From Pirellula sp. (GTDB lineage: Bacteria; Planctomycetota; Planctomycetia; Pirellulales; Pirellulaceae): a stretch of DNA of 64,000 bases. Positions within the stretch are counted from its first letter, which is position 1; each line of letters opens with the position of its first letter. Below, piece by piece: positions 28,761 through 38,063 of the stretch. A model generated the notes under the pieces. The model was given only the letters and a program-made list of their open reading frames with translations, was not told the origin of the DNA and did no database searches. The stretch spans positions 12,608-76,607 of the forward strand of contig JAJTID010000041.1 of the NCBI GenBank assembly GCA_021300155.1. Reading direction: 5' to 3'. Position numbers and translations under genes: made by a program.

Positions 28761-29315
28761 ATGCGACTGTTTCTTGCCCTAAGAGCTTTTTTCACAGTAT
28801 TGTCCGACAAGCAAAAAGCGACCGAGATTCAGAATTTCTTAATTGCTCCTGAGCCTGCGGCATTACCCTCGAAACCAGAAAAGGCGTCCACCGACTTTTT
28901 ACCGCTGAAAACTCCCTCCACCCAAGCTGCGTTGCAAAAATCGACTCGGAGTGAAGCGTTGACTCTGCTCAGTGCATTGCAGCGAGAAGCGCGACTGCTG
29001 GATTTGATGAGCGAGCCTCTAGACCAATATTCCGACTCTCAGATTGGAGCTGCTGCTCGCGACGTTATTCGCGATTCGAAAAAATGTATTGATAAGCTCT
29101 TTTCTCTTCGTCCGATCGTTGAGCAACCCGAAGGCGAACGAATCGAAATTCCCAATCAGCCGTCCCCGGTCCGATGGAAGATTGTTGGAGGAACCGGCGA
29201 TAAAGGTACGATTGTCCATCCCGGTTGGATCGCGGGCAAAGTAGAACTCCCCTCATGGACCGGTGGCCCAGAAGATGATCTCGTCCTCTCGGCAGTTGAA
29301 GTAGAAGTTCAATAG
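28761..29315 (+). CDS. DUF2760 domain protein
   Basis: 'ALTLLSALQREARLLDL', 'YSDSQIGAAAR', 'GTIVHPGW', 'AVEVEV'. Confidence 0.75.
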   Translation: MRLFLALRAFFTVLSDKQKATEIQNFLIAPEPAALPSKPEKASTDFLPLKTPSTQAALQKSTRSEALTLLSALQREARLLDLMSEPLDQYSDSQIGAAARDVIRDSKKCIDKLFSLRPIVEQPEGERIEIPNQPSPVRWKIVGGTGDKGTIVHPGWIAGKVELPSWTGGPEDDLVLSAVEVEVQ

Positions 29316-29347
29316 GTCCCTGTTCGTGTCGTCGGAGTTATTTATCA

Positions 29348-30388
29348 ATGAACGGTGAACGGAGCCTTGTCGGTAAAGAGCATTGCCGAATCGAGGCTCA
29401 TGGTCGATTGCATTTCGGATTGCTGGAAATCTGCGATCAATCCCCCAATCTGTTCGGTGGTATCGGATTGATGTTGGCCGCCCCGATCGCAGTCTTGGAA
29501 GCTTGTGTTTCGGACACTTCAATCGATGACCTGCAGATCAAGTCTGATCTACATTGGAAAGATCGCATATTAACCGTTTGCAAAAACTGGCTCGATCGAC
29601 ACCAATCTAACACGTTGCCAGTCTCCAAACTTCAATTGAGCGCCCCACTTCCTCACCAAGGCTTAGGATCGGGAACGCAAATTGCTTCGATGATGGCTTT
29701 TTTGCTTTGGCAAGTCTCTCGTTCGTACAAAGTTAACACTCTGGCCGACGACTACAATTCCGATGCGCAACAAACAATTGAGTATCCAACCCTTTCGGAG
29801 TTGGCTGCATGGAGCCTTCGCGGCCTCCGTTCCCACATCGGACTGGCAGGATTTTTGCGTGGTGGCTTTGTGATCGATCTAGGAAAATCCGCTAGCGATC
29901 TCACGAGAACCAAGACGATTCCTTTTCCGGAAGCCTGGCCGGTTTTGCTCCTTCGAGATCCACTGTCGATTGGCACGCACGGACCTCTTGAAAAGAAGTG
30001 GTTCGAGGAATGCTCGCGAACTCCAAACTTGCATCGCCCTAGAATGTTACAATTAATCGAGGATTTGATCGTCCCCTCTATTGAACACGGGGACTGGGCA
30101 ACATTTGATCACGCGATCGGTGAATACGGTAGACTCGCTGGCTCTGTGTTTTCCAAAGCCCAGGGTGGCATGTATCGCACGCCTCACATGGAGCAACTCG
30201 TTGCCTTCGGTGATTCACTCGGATTCCACGGTGTTGTTCAGACCAGTTGGGGCCCTACGGTCGCGTTGATTACAAAAGACGAAGATCAAGTGTACTGGCT
30301 CATCGACAAGTATCGAAGTCGATGGCCCGAGTTGACGCTAGAAAAAACCTATGCATGCAACACCCCCGCATCGTTTCGATGGCTATGA
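29348..30388 (+). CDS. mptG: Beta-ribofuranosylaminobenzene 5'-phosphate (beta-RFAP) synthase, GHMP kinase superfamily
   Basis: 'RLHFGL', 'FGGIGL', 'HQGLGSGTQ', 'SHIGLAGF..GGFVID', 'QTSWGPT'. Confidence 0.8.
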   Translation: MNGERSLVGKEHCRIEAHGRLHFGLLEICDQSPNLFGGIGLMLAAPIAVLEACVSDTSIDDLQIKSDLHWKDRILTVCKNWLDRHQSNTLPVSKLQLSAPLPHQGLGSGTQIASMMAFLLWQVSRSYKVNTLADDYNSDAQQTIEYPTLSELAAWSLRGLRSHIGLAGFLRGGFVIDLGKSASDLTRTKTIPFPEAWPVLLLRDPLSIGTHGPLEKKWFEECSRTPNLHRPRMLQLIEDLIVPSIEHGDWATFDHAIGEYGRLAGSVFSKAQGGMYRTPHMEQLVAFGDSLGFHGVVQTSWGPTVALITKDEDQVYWLIDKYRSRWPELTLEKTYACNTPASFRWL

Positions 30389-31347
30389 GCACGAGCCCCT
30401 ACATTGGAAGACTGGCCCCCTCACCTACCGGCGCTCAACATCTTGGAAACGCGAGAACCTACATCGCCGCGTGGCTCATCGCCCGGTCGCGTTCGGGCCA
30501 ACTGCTCCTTCGTATCGAAGATCTCGATACTCCACGCACTAAAACGGGAGCAGATGAACAAATACTCGTGGATCTTGAATGGCTAGGTTTGGATTGGGAT
30601 TGGAGCGAAAACTTGCAACGATTTACTTTGCAATCGCAACGTGCATCACGCTACCATGAACTTCTCGAAGATCTAAAGCGTCGAGAACTGGTCTACCCCT
30701 GCATTTGCTCTCGAACGGATATAGAAAATGCCTCCAGCGCTCCGCACGAGTCTCACTTGGACGGCGCTGTGTACCCTGGAACTTGCGCGGGAAACGACGT
30801 TTCGGATGCCAAGCAGTTGGATAGCCTTGATAAAAAGTATGCATGGCGTTTTCGGTTTTCCAAAGACGAAAACATGACATGGGTAGACGAGTTCTGTGGC
30901 ATTCAAAGCTGCATACCTTCGCAGGTGCTTGGAGACTTCATCGTTGCACGCAATTATGGCCCCATCGCATATCAGCTCGCTGTCGTCGCCGATGATCATG
31001 ATTCTGGTATCAACCATGTCGTTCGGGGAAATGATTTGATCTACAGTACCTACCGGCAAATAGCGATCTACAACGCTTTTCAATGGCAGCCTCCAATCTG
31101 GTTGCATATCCCGCTGGTCGTTGGGCCTGATGGAAAACGACTTGCCAAGAGACATGGTGACACTCGGATCAGCGCACTACGATCGCTAGGTTGGAAGCCA
31201 GAAAGCATCGTTGGAATGATCGCCAAGAGCTTGGGGCTGTTAGACTCGGAACGTCCGATCCCACTTGCGGAACTTCTCGACCTAGCCCTTACCAATCCGG
31301 ATTGGCTAAGGAAAGTTCCAACTACAAACGTTCAATTCAACATCTAG
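30385..31347 (+). CDS. gluQ: tRNA glutamyl-Q(34) synthetase
   Basis: 'RLAPSPTGAQHLGNART', 'LRIEDLD', 'YPCICSR', 'YQLAVVADD', 'VRGNDL', 'RLAKR'; no anticodon-binding domain. ATGA overlap with the upstream gene. Confidence 0.9.
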   Translation: MSTSPYIGRLAPSPTGAQHLGNARTYIAAWLIARSRSGQLLLRIEDLDTPRTKTGADEQILVDLEWLGLDWDWSENLQRFTLQSQRASRYHELLEDLKRRELVYPCICSRTDIENASSAPHESHLDGAVYPGTCAGNDVSDAKQLDSLDKKYAWRFRFSKDENMTWVDEFCGIQSCIPSQVLGDFIVARNYGPIAYQLAVVADDHDSGINHVVRGNDLIYSTYRQIAIYNAFQWQPPIWLHIPLVVGPDGKRLAKRHGDTRISALRSLGWKPESIVGMIAKSLGLLDSERPIPLAELLDLALTNPDWLRKVPTTNVQFNI

Positions 31348-31357
31348 ATTACACGTA

Positions 31358-32692
31358 TCAAACATTATCCAACGGCACTGAAGCATCACCAAACTGAGTT
31401 GCTGCAACTCCCATCCGATTCATCAACGACAAATACAAACTGCAAAGTTTCTTTTCTGACTCGGGCCGATCGACAAAATTCATGACCCTGCCGGTATTCA
31501 ACGTCCCAGTGAGGCCTCCCAACGTTAGCAACGGCACCTTGCTGGAATCATGTTTGCTTCCTGAGAACATGTTGTTGACAAACATCAAGCACGAGTGATC
31601 AAGGACTGTTCCGTCCCCTTCGGGCATTGCATCCAGTTTCTTCCCCAGATAGGCGAGTTGACTGCAATAGTATGTCGTAACACGCTCCCACTCCTCCGAC
31701 AATTCGTCGTGCGACGCCAAGTGATGTGGCTTGCGAACTTGCAAGAATGGATAGAGCAACCCTGAAATGTCTCGACAAAGCAGAAGCGAAGCAACCCTGG
31801 TTTTGTTCGATTGAAATGCCAAAGCGATTATGTCGCACATCAATCGCATGTGTTCGCGAATATCTTCAGGGAGCCCGTTATCAGGACGTTCCATCGCGAA
31901 AATGGACTTCCCTTTTTGCTCGACCGCATCCGCAGCCTTGGCGACCGGGCCACGCTGTCGATCGATTCGTTTCTCCACTTCGCGAATACTGGTCAAGTAT
32001 TCTTCCAACTTTGCTTTGTCGTTCGCGCTTGCTTGTCGCTGAAGTACGCTGGCCTCTTCGGTGATGCGATCCAAAATGCTTTTATTACGTTGCGAACCAC
32101 GGTTCTCAAATAGACTATCGAATGCCAGCGACGGATACACTTCCATCGGCACAGGCGAGGTCGCATTCTGCCACGAGATATGCGAACTATAAGCCATCGA
32201 AAAATTCGTTTCGTGATAGCCCGTGGTCGGTTGCTCGCAACCCAGCACCAAACTAGGCACGATGTCGTCCTGTCCAATGGCATTCGCAATTGCCTGGTCC
32301 ACGCTGATGCCACCTCGCAACTCAGCACCTTTCTTCAACGCGGCACCCGACAAGATGTTGCCTGTTTGCCCAGGATGGATCCCAACGCCCGTCGCATTCT
32401 TGTTGAACAGACCATCGATCACGTTAAGCTTGCTCTGCAACCCATCGAGCGGTTGCAAACAGCGGCTCAACTCCATCTCTTTGCCGCTTCCTTTTGCCCA
32501 CCAATGTTCGGGGTGTACACCGCACGCCATGAACATCACGCCAAATCGTTTCGGAAATTCGCCGGCTGAGTGATTGGAGTCATTCGACTGTCCCCATACT
32601 GGCATCGACTCCAACCAAGGAAGCCCAACAACGACGCCAGCACCTCGAAGCCATTTGCGGCGAGACAATGTTTCATTCTTCATGATCTTCAT
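31358..32692 (-). CDS. DUF1552 domain protein (Tat-exported)
   Basis: 'LSRRKWLRG...LPWLESM', 'SVDQ', 'YSSHISW', 'YLTSIREVEKR', 'LDAMPEGDGTVLDH'. Confidence 0.88.
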   Translation of the reverse strand: MKIMKNETLSRRKWLRGAGVVVGLPWLESMPVWGQSNDSNHSAGEFPKRFGVMFMACGVHPEHWWAKGSGKEMELSRCLQPLDGLQSKLNVIDGLFNKNATGVGIHPGQTGNILSGAALKKGAELRGGISVDQAIANAIGQDDIVPSLVLGCEQPTTGYHETNFSMAYSSHISWQNATSPVPMEVYPSLAFDSLFENRGSQRNKSILDRITEEASVLQRQASANDKAKLEEYLTSIREVEKRIDRQRGPVAKAADAVEQKGKSIFAMERPDNGLPEDIREHMRLMCDIIALAFQSNKTRVASLLLCRDISGLLYPFLQVRKPHHLASHDELSEEWERVTTYYCSQLAYLGKKLDAMPEGDGTVLDHSCLMFVNNMFSGSKHDSSKVPLLTLGGLTGTLNTGRVMNFVDRPESEKKLCSLYLSLMNRMGVAATQFGDASVPLDNV

Positions 32693-32698
32693 TTCCTA

Positions 32699-35600
32699 TC
32701 ACGGCGTTGTGCTTATCGTTGCAGAACTCAAAGCAGTTGTGCCACTTCGTTTGGTTCGGAACTGTGGACTTGCGACGATCGTTTCGAACGCCGATTGAAT
32801 CTTATCGTCATTCCGTCGTAGGTTATCAAGCATTTCTTCGACCAGTAGATCATCGGGAATGATTAGACTTCTTCCTAAGGCATAAGACAACAAACTCTTG
32901 CAGAAATGCCTTCGGAAATCATTGAGCCTATCTTCCAGAATAAAGGACCTGAGACCTGCTAAACCGCTAGCTTGTCGCCCGTTCGGTAGAACAGCATCGA
33001 CCAACACATCCCTCCCACCCAAATCTTTCGTCCGCGGTTTTCCAATGGGATCGAAACCTTCTAGCAATAAACCGATCGCGTCAAATCGATTGTGACACGC
33101 AGCACACGAAGCGTGCTCTCGATGCTTTGCCAGCAACTCTCGAAGCGTTAAATCCCCAAGCTGATGTTCGGACGCAGGCAATTCAGGCACATTCGGTGGC
33201 GGTGGCGGAATAATCTCCCCAAGCAGTTTACGAACCACCCAATAGCCTCTCTTCACCGGACTCGTGCGTTGCCCCGGCGAATTCTGCGTCAAGAAGACTG
33301 CCATCGATAACAACCCACCTCGCCCTACTTTCGAAGCGTCCTCAACTCTCTCCCAACGGTTTGTCGACTCGTGAGGAATCTCGCCGATGCCATAATGCTG
33401 AGACAACGGACCATTGATGATCACATGGTCGGATTGAAGTAGTTCCAGTATCGAACCGTTTCGCCTCAAGAGATCCAGAAAATACTCGACAGGTTCGTCT
33501 GCCATCGATTGCCGAAGCGTATCGCTGAACGTTGGAAACTGACCTCGATCGACTCCGTTGTGATTGTCAAAACGCCGAAAGTCTAACCAGTTTCCCATGA
33601 ACTCGAGAACCATCCCTCGCGCTCGCTCATCGGCTAACATCTTCTTCAACAACGACTTGGAGTCAGTACTGCCAGCGACGCCATACAATGACTCGATTGC
33701 CTTTTGTAATGGGCTATCCGGTTTGCTTGCCCACAAGAAATAACTCCAACGAGACGCTAGTTCGACTTCCTTTAGTTCCGTTACTTTCTCCGACGAACAT
33801 TGCAAATCCCATCGATAGAGAAATGTTGGGGAGACTAGAATAGAAACGAGAGTGTCTTCTATCGCTGATCGATGGTCAGCGTTCGGCAGCGATAGGCACC
33901 GATTGTAGAAATCGACTACAGAATCGCGTTCAGACCGAGTCATCGGCCGACGATACGCAGATTGGGCGAACTCGAGAAGAGACTCCAACTGCATCGGTTT
34001 CGATTCCTCGAGCCGGGATTCCAATGTACGAATTTGACGATTCATATCCTCGAAGTGATACTCCACCGCTTCGATGGCTCGCGCATTTGCTTTTCGCGAA
34101 CGAACCTTATCTAAGTAAAGCTCTTTGAATCGCTGTATGACTGGTTCGGAGGCAGCAGATCGATCCTCGGCACGAATAAATTGGAACTGTGCATCGTTGA
34201 TGAAGGATGCTTCTGCCCGCTCAAACCAAATGAAACCGCTGAACTGCCTCAATGGCGCGAGTGCAATAAAATCTAACTCGCCCCACAATCGATCTAACTC
34301 TCGCTTCTTCTCATCCGAAAGAATCAACTCACAGAGCGGTTGATCGTCACGGAAGTATCCCATCATGCTATGAAAGCCGGCACTTAAAAGACGTCCTTTT
34401 CCTTCACGATCCGACTCTTTCGGATCAACGTTCGCCCTACCACGCTCCAGGATAAAGAAGTTGTCTGGGAATACGGAACAAAAAGTTCGGTACGATGACA
34501 AAACGGCCTCGCGTTCTTCGTTTGTTCCTGTCTTGAGCAGCATGCGATCTTCGCTCGGCGCCATCGCGTTTTCTCCATCCAGCGCCAGATCTTCTTCGGG
34601 ATACAATCGGCGATGCGAAGCCATCTCGCGATTCTTCCAAAGGATGAACGACTGCGTTCCTCCGTGCATTCCCGGACTTCGAACATTGGAGGCTCGCCAT
34701 CGAAGCTTCGACCGTGTATCGCGAATAAACTTTGCGATCTCAGAACATTGTTTTCGAGAGATTTCGATATCAACAGGATTAGTCGGTAACTGTTTCCAAT
34801 GCTCGCGAAGCTTTGCCATCGGACCAACCTGCACACTTGGATCATGAAGCGATTTCCAAATGATCGACAAGTACTTTTCACTCAATCCAAATTGAGACGC
34901 TGCTGACGCAAGAAGTTCCTTCTCGCGAGCATTATCTCTCTGCAACTCTGCTCTAGTTTGTTCATGGAGTTCCGTTTGCACTGTCCAACAAGCAAACAAA
35001 TAGGCTTCATAGCTAACCGGCTGCCGCAAATAGAAATCCACGATTCGTTGCACACAATACTTGTCACGATCGGTATCTGTGACCACCGGAAACGGGGCGA
35101 ATCGAATGCCATCTGGCGTAAGTAGCATGTGGTCTGCGACAAACCGCGCTGCATCGATGTACTTGGATACCAGAGCTGGTGAAATTGTAAGGGACTCTGA
35201 GGAGTTATCGAACCCAGATTCATTAGCGGGATCGATCGGAAAATTCTTTGTTGGGCGTATGTCGACTCCAGTCAAATCCCGAATCGTGTAGTTGTACTCG
35301 GCGTTGTTGAGCCGCCGCGTGCTGATCAATCCAGGGTCACCTCGAAGTCGCTCCGCTTCGGATTTTCGAAAAAGCGAAGTCCATTCTTTCAATTGCTGTT
35401 TCTCGAGTTGAGTTGGTTGCTGAGCATCGACAGGTGGCATCTCCGACTCGTGAACACGCGAAACGATCGCTTGCCATGTTGACCAAGTAGAAGCAACATC
35501 GCTAGGGCTTCGGAAGATCGTTGTATCAAGCTTTGCCTCAGGAGATTCACCCGAGTGGCAATCGGTGCAATACTTTGTGAGGAACGGCCGAACTCGTGTC

Positions 35601-35809
35601 TCGAATGATTGCGATAACTCTTGTGCCCAGAGAAATGAGTTGCCAGCGCACAAAATCACAGCCATGCATGTGTAAGTCCAAAACATACTGCATCGTATTC
35701 CCGTACAAAACCGAATTCCTGTACAAAGAGCACAAAGAAATCGTCGAATTTGTACGACGGCTGATGTATTCGGTACGATGTCAATCACCTGCGGTGGGTT
35801 GAAATGCAT
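32699..35809 (-). CDS. DUF1587/1592/1588/1585 planctomycete cytochrome c domain protein
   Basis: CxxCH 'CTDCH' and 'CAACH'; 'RRLNNAEYNYTIRDL', 'AYRRP', 'ELASRWSYFLW', 'TSPVKRG.W', 'LLSYALGR'. Likely start near 35686. Confidence 0.88.
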   Translation of the reverse strand: MHFNPPQVIDIVPNTSAVVQIRRFLCALCTGIRFCTGIRCSMFWTYTCMAVILCAGNSFLWAQELSQSFETRVRPFLTKYCTDCHSGESPEAKLDTTIFRSPSDVASTWSTWQAIVSRVHESEMPPVDAQQPTQLEKQQLKEWTSLFRKSEAERLRGDPGLISTRRLNNAEYNYTIRDLTGVDIRPTKNFPIDPANESGFDNSSESLTISPALVSKYIDAARFVADHMLLTPDGIRFAPFPVVTDTDRDKYCVQRIVDFYLRQPVSYEAYLFACWTVQTELHEQTRAELQRDNAREKELLASAASQFGLSEKYLSIIWKSLHDPSVQVGPMAKLREHWKQLPTNPVDIEISRKQCSEIAKFIRDTRSKLRWRASNVRSPGMHGGTQSFILWKNREMASHRRLYPEEDLALDGENAMAPSEDRMLLKTGTNEEREAVLSSYRTFCSVFPDNFFILERGRANVDPKESDREGKGRLLSAGFHSMMGYFRDDQPLCELILSDEKKRELDRLWGELDFIALAPLRQFSGFIWFERAEASFINDAQFQFIRAEDRSAASEPVIQRFKELYLDKVRSRKANARAIEAVEYHFEDMNRQIRTLESRLEESKPMQLESLLEFAQSAYRRPMTRSERDSVVDFYNRCLSLPNADHRSAIEDTLVSILVSPTFLYRWDLQCSSEKVTELKEVELASRWSYFLWASKPDSPLQKAIESLYGVAGSTDSKSLLKKMLADERARGMVLEFMGNWLDFRRFDNHNGVDRGQFPTFSDTLRQSMADEPVEYFLDLLRRNGSILELLQSDHVIINGPLSQHYGIGEIPHESTNRWERVEDASKVGRGGLLSMAVFLTQNSPGQRTSPVKRGYWVVRKLLGEIIPPPPPNVPELPASEHQLGDLTLRELLAKHREHASCAACHNRFDAIGLLLEGFDPIGKPRTKDLGGRDVLVDAVLPNGRQASGLAGLRSFILEDRLNDFRRHFCKSLLSYALGRSLIIPDDLLVEEMLDNLRRNDDKIQSAFETIVASPQFRTKRSGTTALSSATISTTP

Positions 35810-36263
35810 GAATCTTCGGTGAGTTCTTGGTGAAATGGATATTTCGTCAGTTTACTACATGTTGATTGCAAAGTCGACAAACGATCCCAAGCACAGAAAG
35901 TTCAGGCTATGGTGCATCGAATCCCAAACGCTTAGGAAAAGCCCTCAAGCAAAACAGAGTTGAGTTCATTCCAGCCAAGACGATTGAGAAGGACGATTTT
36001 CTTTATTCTGTTCTTGCTGAGCGAATGAACAACGTTCTTCAGCAATCGGAAGATGGTCAAAGGATTCAAATTGATAGCGAGCAGCAATTTCCGCATACTC
36101 GTTTGAACTCAGGTCAGAAGAAAGCAAATAGTATTTATGTCCCCACAGCTACTTTCTGGTGCCAGTTCAAGTTCCTTCGAATCGCGGGATGCGTGGGAGT
36201 TGTTCGTTCGCAAACAACCGTACTTATCCTATGTACCATTCCGGATGTCAGCTCAAGGCCTAA

Positions 36264-36806
36264 CTATTGCAGATCAGAAGTATGAGCTTGTTCAGATCCT
36301 TGCTGTTTGGCAATTCTCATTTCTGGCTTCGCTCCATCATCATTTGAATGTGGATTCTGATCGACGGTCCAACTAACAATCCATCGTTCAAACCATCGTC
36401 CGCCGATCAACAAAAACCAAGCGATTGAAAAGATGCTGATCGCTAATAAAAACTGACCAGCACCGCATATTACGCCGACAATCGCGCTGATCCAAATCGT
36501 TGCCGCAGTGGTCAAACCATGTACCTCATCTTTCCCCTGTGCATGCATGATAACGCCTGCTCCGAGGAAACCAATGCCGGTCAAGACTCCTTGAACCGCA
36601 CGCAGTAGTCCGTCACTCGTGGAATGATCCAACATGGTGCTCGCCATAACTACCCCGCAAGCCCCAAGACCGACCATTGCCAACACACGTAGACCAGCAG
36701 GCTTACGATGTAGATCTCGATCAACCCCGAGGATTGCCCCGAGCAGTGTTGCAAGTCCTAAACGAAAAAGTATCTCATGTATCTCATCTATCCCAGCAGG
36801 ATGCAT
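36264..36806 (-). CDS. mgtC: MgtC/SapB family membrane protein
   Basis: 'KPAGLR', 'QGVLTGIGFLGAGVI', 'GLTTAATIW'. Confidence 0.9.
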   Translation of the reverse strand: MHPAGIDEIHEILFRLGLATLLGAILGVDRDLHRKPAGLRVLAMVGLGACGVVMASTMLDHSTSDGLLRAVQGVLTGIGFLGAGVIMHAQGKDEVHGLTTAATIWISAIVGVICGAGQFLLAISIFSIAWFLLIGGRWFERWIVSWTVDQNPHSNDDGAKPEMRIAKQQGSEQAHTSDLQ

Positions 36807-37248
36807 TTGGTGTTCCTAATCCAAAACGTGATCCCCAACATCATGGACAATTTAATAATTCGAACAGTAGGTAGTCCATATGGAGAATAGACACGGTATC
36901 GAACCGGAAAACCACCCAGGGTCGCTATAAAGTTATAACTGGCAACGAAGCCCGTGAAGGAAGCGAATGCGACGTCGGCGAATTCCAATCGAACGCCGAT
37001 TGCAACGTAGGTATGCTGGAAGGAACAACGGAATTCTTACTTTCCAACGGTCTCTATTTTTCAACCGAAACCTACACATTGTTGGGATTCGGATGCATAA
37101 CTCCTTAAGGCCTCATCAGGATCCTAGTCGGAGTTGATGCGTTGAACGGACTACTTTTGATCGGTTGGTCAACATCCTGTACCGACCTCGCAATGGAACG
37201 ATTCTGGGATTCAATGTAATATGCGGGATGGTCCGAAAGGAACACGAT

Positions 37249-37296
37249 TAGTTTCTAAACGGCTACATCAAATAGTTTCTAAACGGCTACATCAAA
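37249..37296. repeat. Perfect 24-bp tandem duplication of the 3' end of the VIT1 gene
   Basis: tagtttctaaacggctacatcaaa at 37249-37272 and 37273-37296. On the minus strand it reads TTT GAT GTA GCC GTT TAG AAACTA twice. Confidence 0.9.
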
Positions 37297-37977
37297 CAGT
37301 GCCCCAATCGCGGCTGTGGCGATCATGGCCAGGGCGCCCCAAAAGGTAATGCGAAAGACAGCCCGACCGACAGGAGCTCCTCCCATCGATGCAGACAATC
37401 CACCTAATGAAGCTAAAAAGAAAAGAGATAGGATCGAGACGAACCACGGGATTGCATTGATCGGAGTGAGATAAGCTGCGATCAGTGGCAAGATTGCTCC
37501 AAACGCAAAGGAACCCGCGGACGCTAACGCAGCTTGGATTGGCTTTGCCGTGGTTAAGTCCGATATGCCTAGTTCATCGCGAGCATGCGCACCCAGTGCA
37601 TCGTGCTTGGTAAGTTGAATCGCAACCTGTTGAGCTAAATCCTTGTCTAATCCTCTCGAAACATAAATGGATGCAATTTCGTTCAGCTCTTTATCGGGAA
37701 CGGTTGCGAGTTCTTTACGTTCACGATTGAGATCCGCATTCTCCGTGTCGGATTGAGAACTAACAGACACATACTCCCCCGCAGCCATCGACATGGCACC
37801 CGCGACCAAGCCTGCGACACCCGCAATCAGTACGCTGCCGTGTGTTGTTTCGGCCGCTGCGACGCCGACAATGAGACTAGAAGTCGAGACGATGCCGTCA
37901 TTTGCACCTAATACTGCAGCACGAAGCCATCCGATCCTGTCGGTGCGATGTAATTCTGTGTGACGCATGGGAATCAT
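37279..37977 (-). CDS. VIT1/CCC1 family Fe/Mn transporter
   Basis: 'WLRAAVLGANDGIVS', 'AGAMSMAAGEYVSVSSQ', 'HARDELG', 'PIQAALAS'. Confidence 0.92.
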   Translation of the reverse strand: MIPMRHTELHRTDRIGWLRAAVLGANDGIVSTSSLIVGVAAAETTHGSVLIAGVAGLVAGAMSMAAGEYVSVSSQSDTENADLNRERKELATVPDKELNEIASIYVSRGLDKDLAQQVAIQLTKHDALGAHARDELGISDLTTAKPIQAALASAGSFAFGAILPLIAAYLTPINAIPWFVSILSLFFLASLGGLSASMGGAPVGRAVFRITFWGALAMIATAAIGALFDVAV

Positions 37978-38063
37978 ACTCTTTTGGGTAGATGGTTCGA
38001 GGTGATCATAGATTTTTAAAGCGCTTCCCACCTGTCGATATCCAACACATATACTCTCCTAGA

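Noticed and set aside
35866-36285. 139-aa plus-strand ORF between the DUF1592 gene and mgtC
   Set aside because: No recognisable motif, overlaps the mgtC 3' end, and starts with TTG; probably spurious.
37085-37125. CUGAUGAG on the minus strand suggesting a hammerhead ribozyme or the 3' end of a fluoride riboswitch
   Set aside because: Stem II would have only 2 bp and is followed by GAAU rather than GAAA; the 5' GGnGAUGG part of the fluoride motif is absent.
37249-37296. 24-bp repeat as a CRISPR repeat
   Set aside because: The two copies are directly adjacent with no spacer, there is no third copy, and no cas genes are present.
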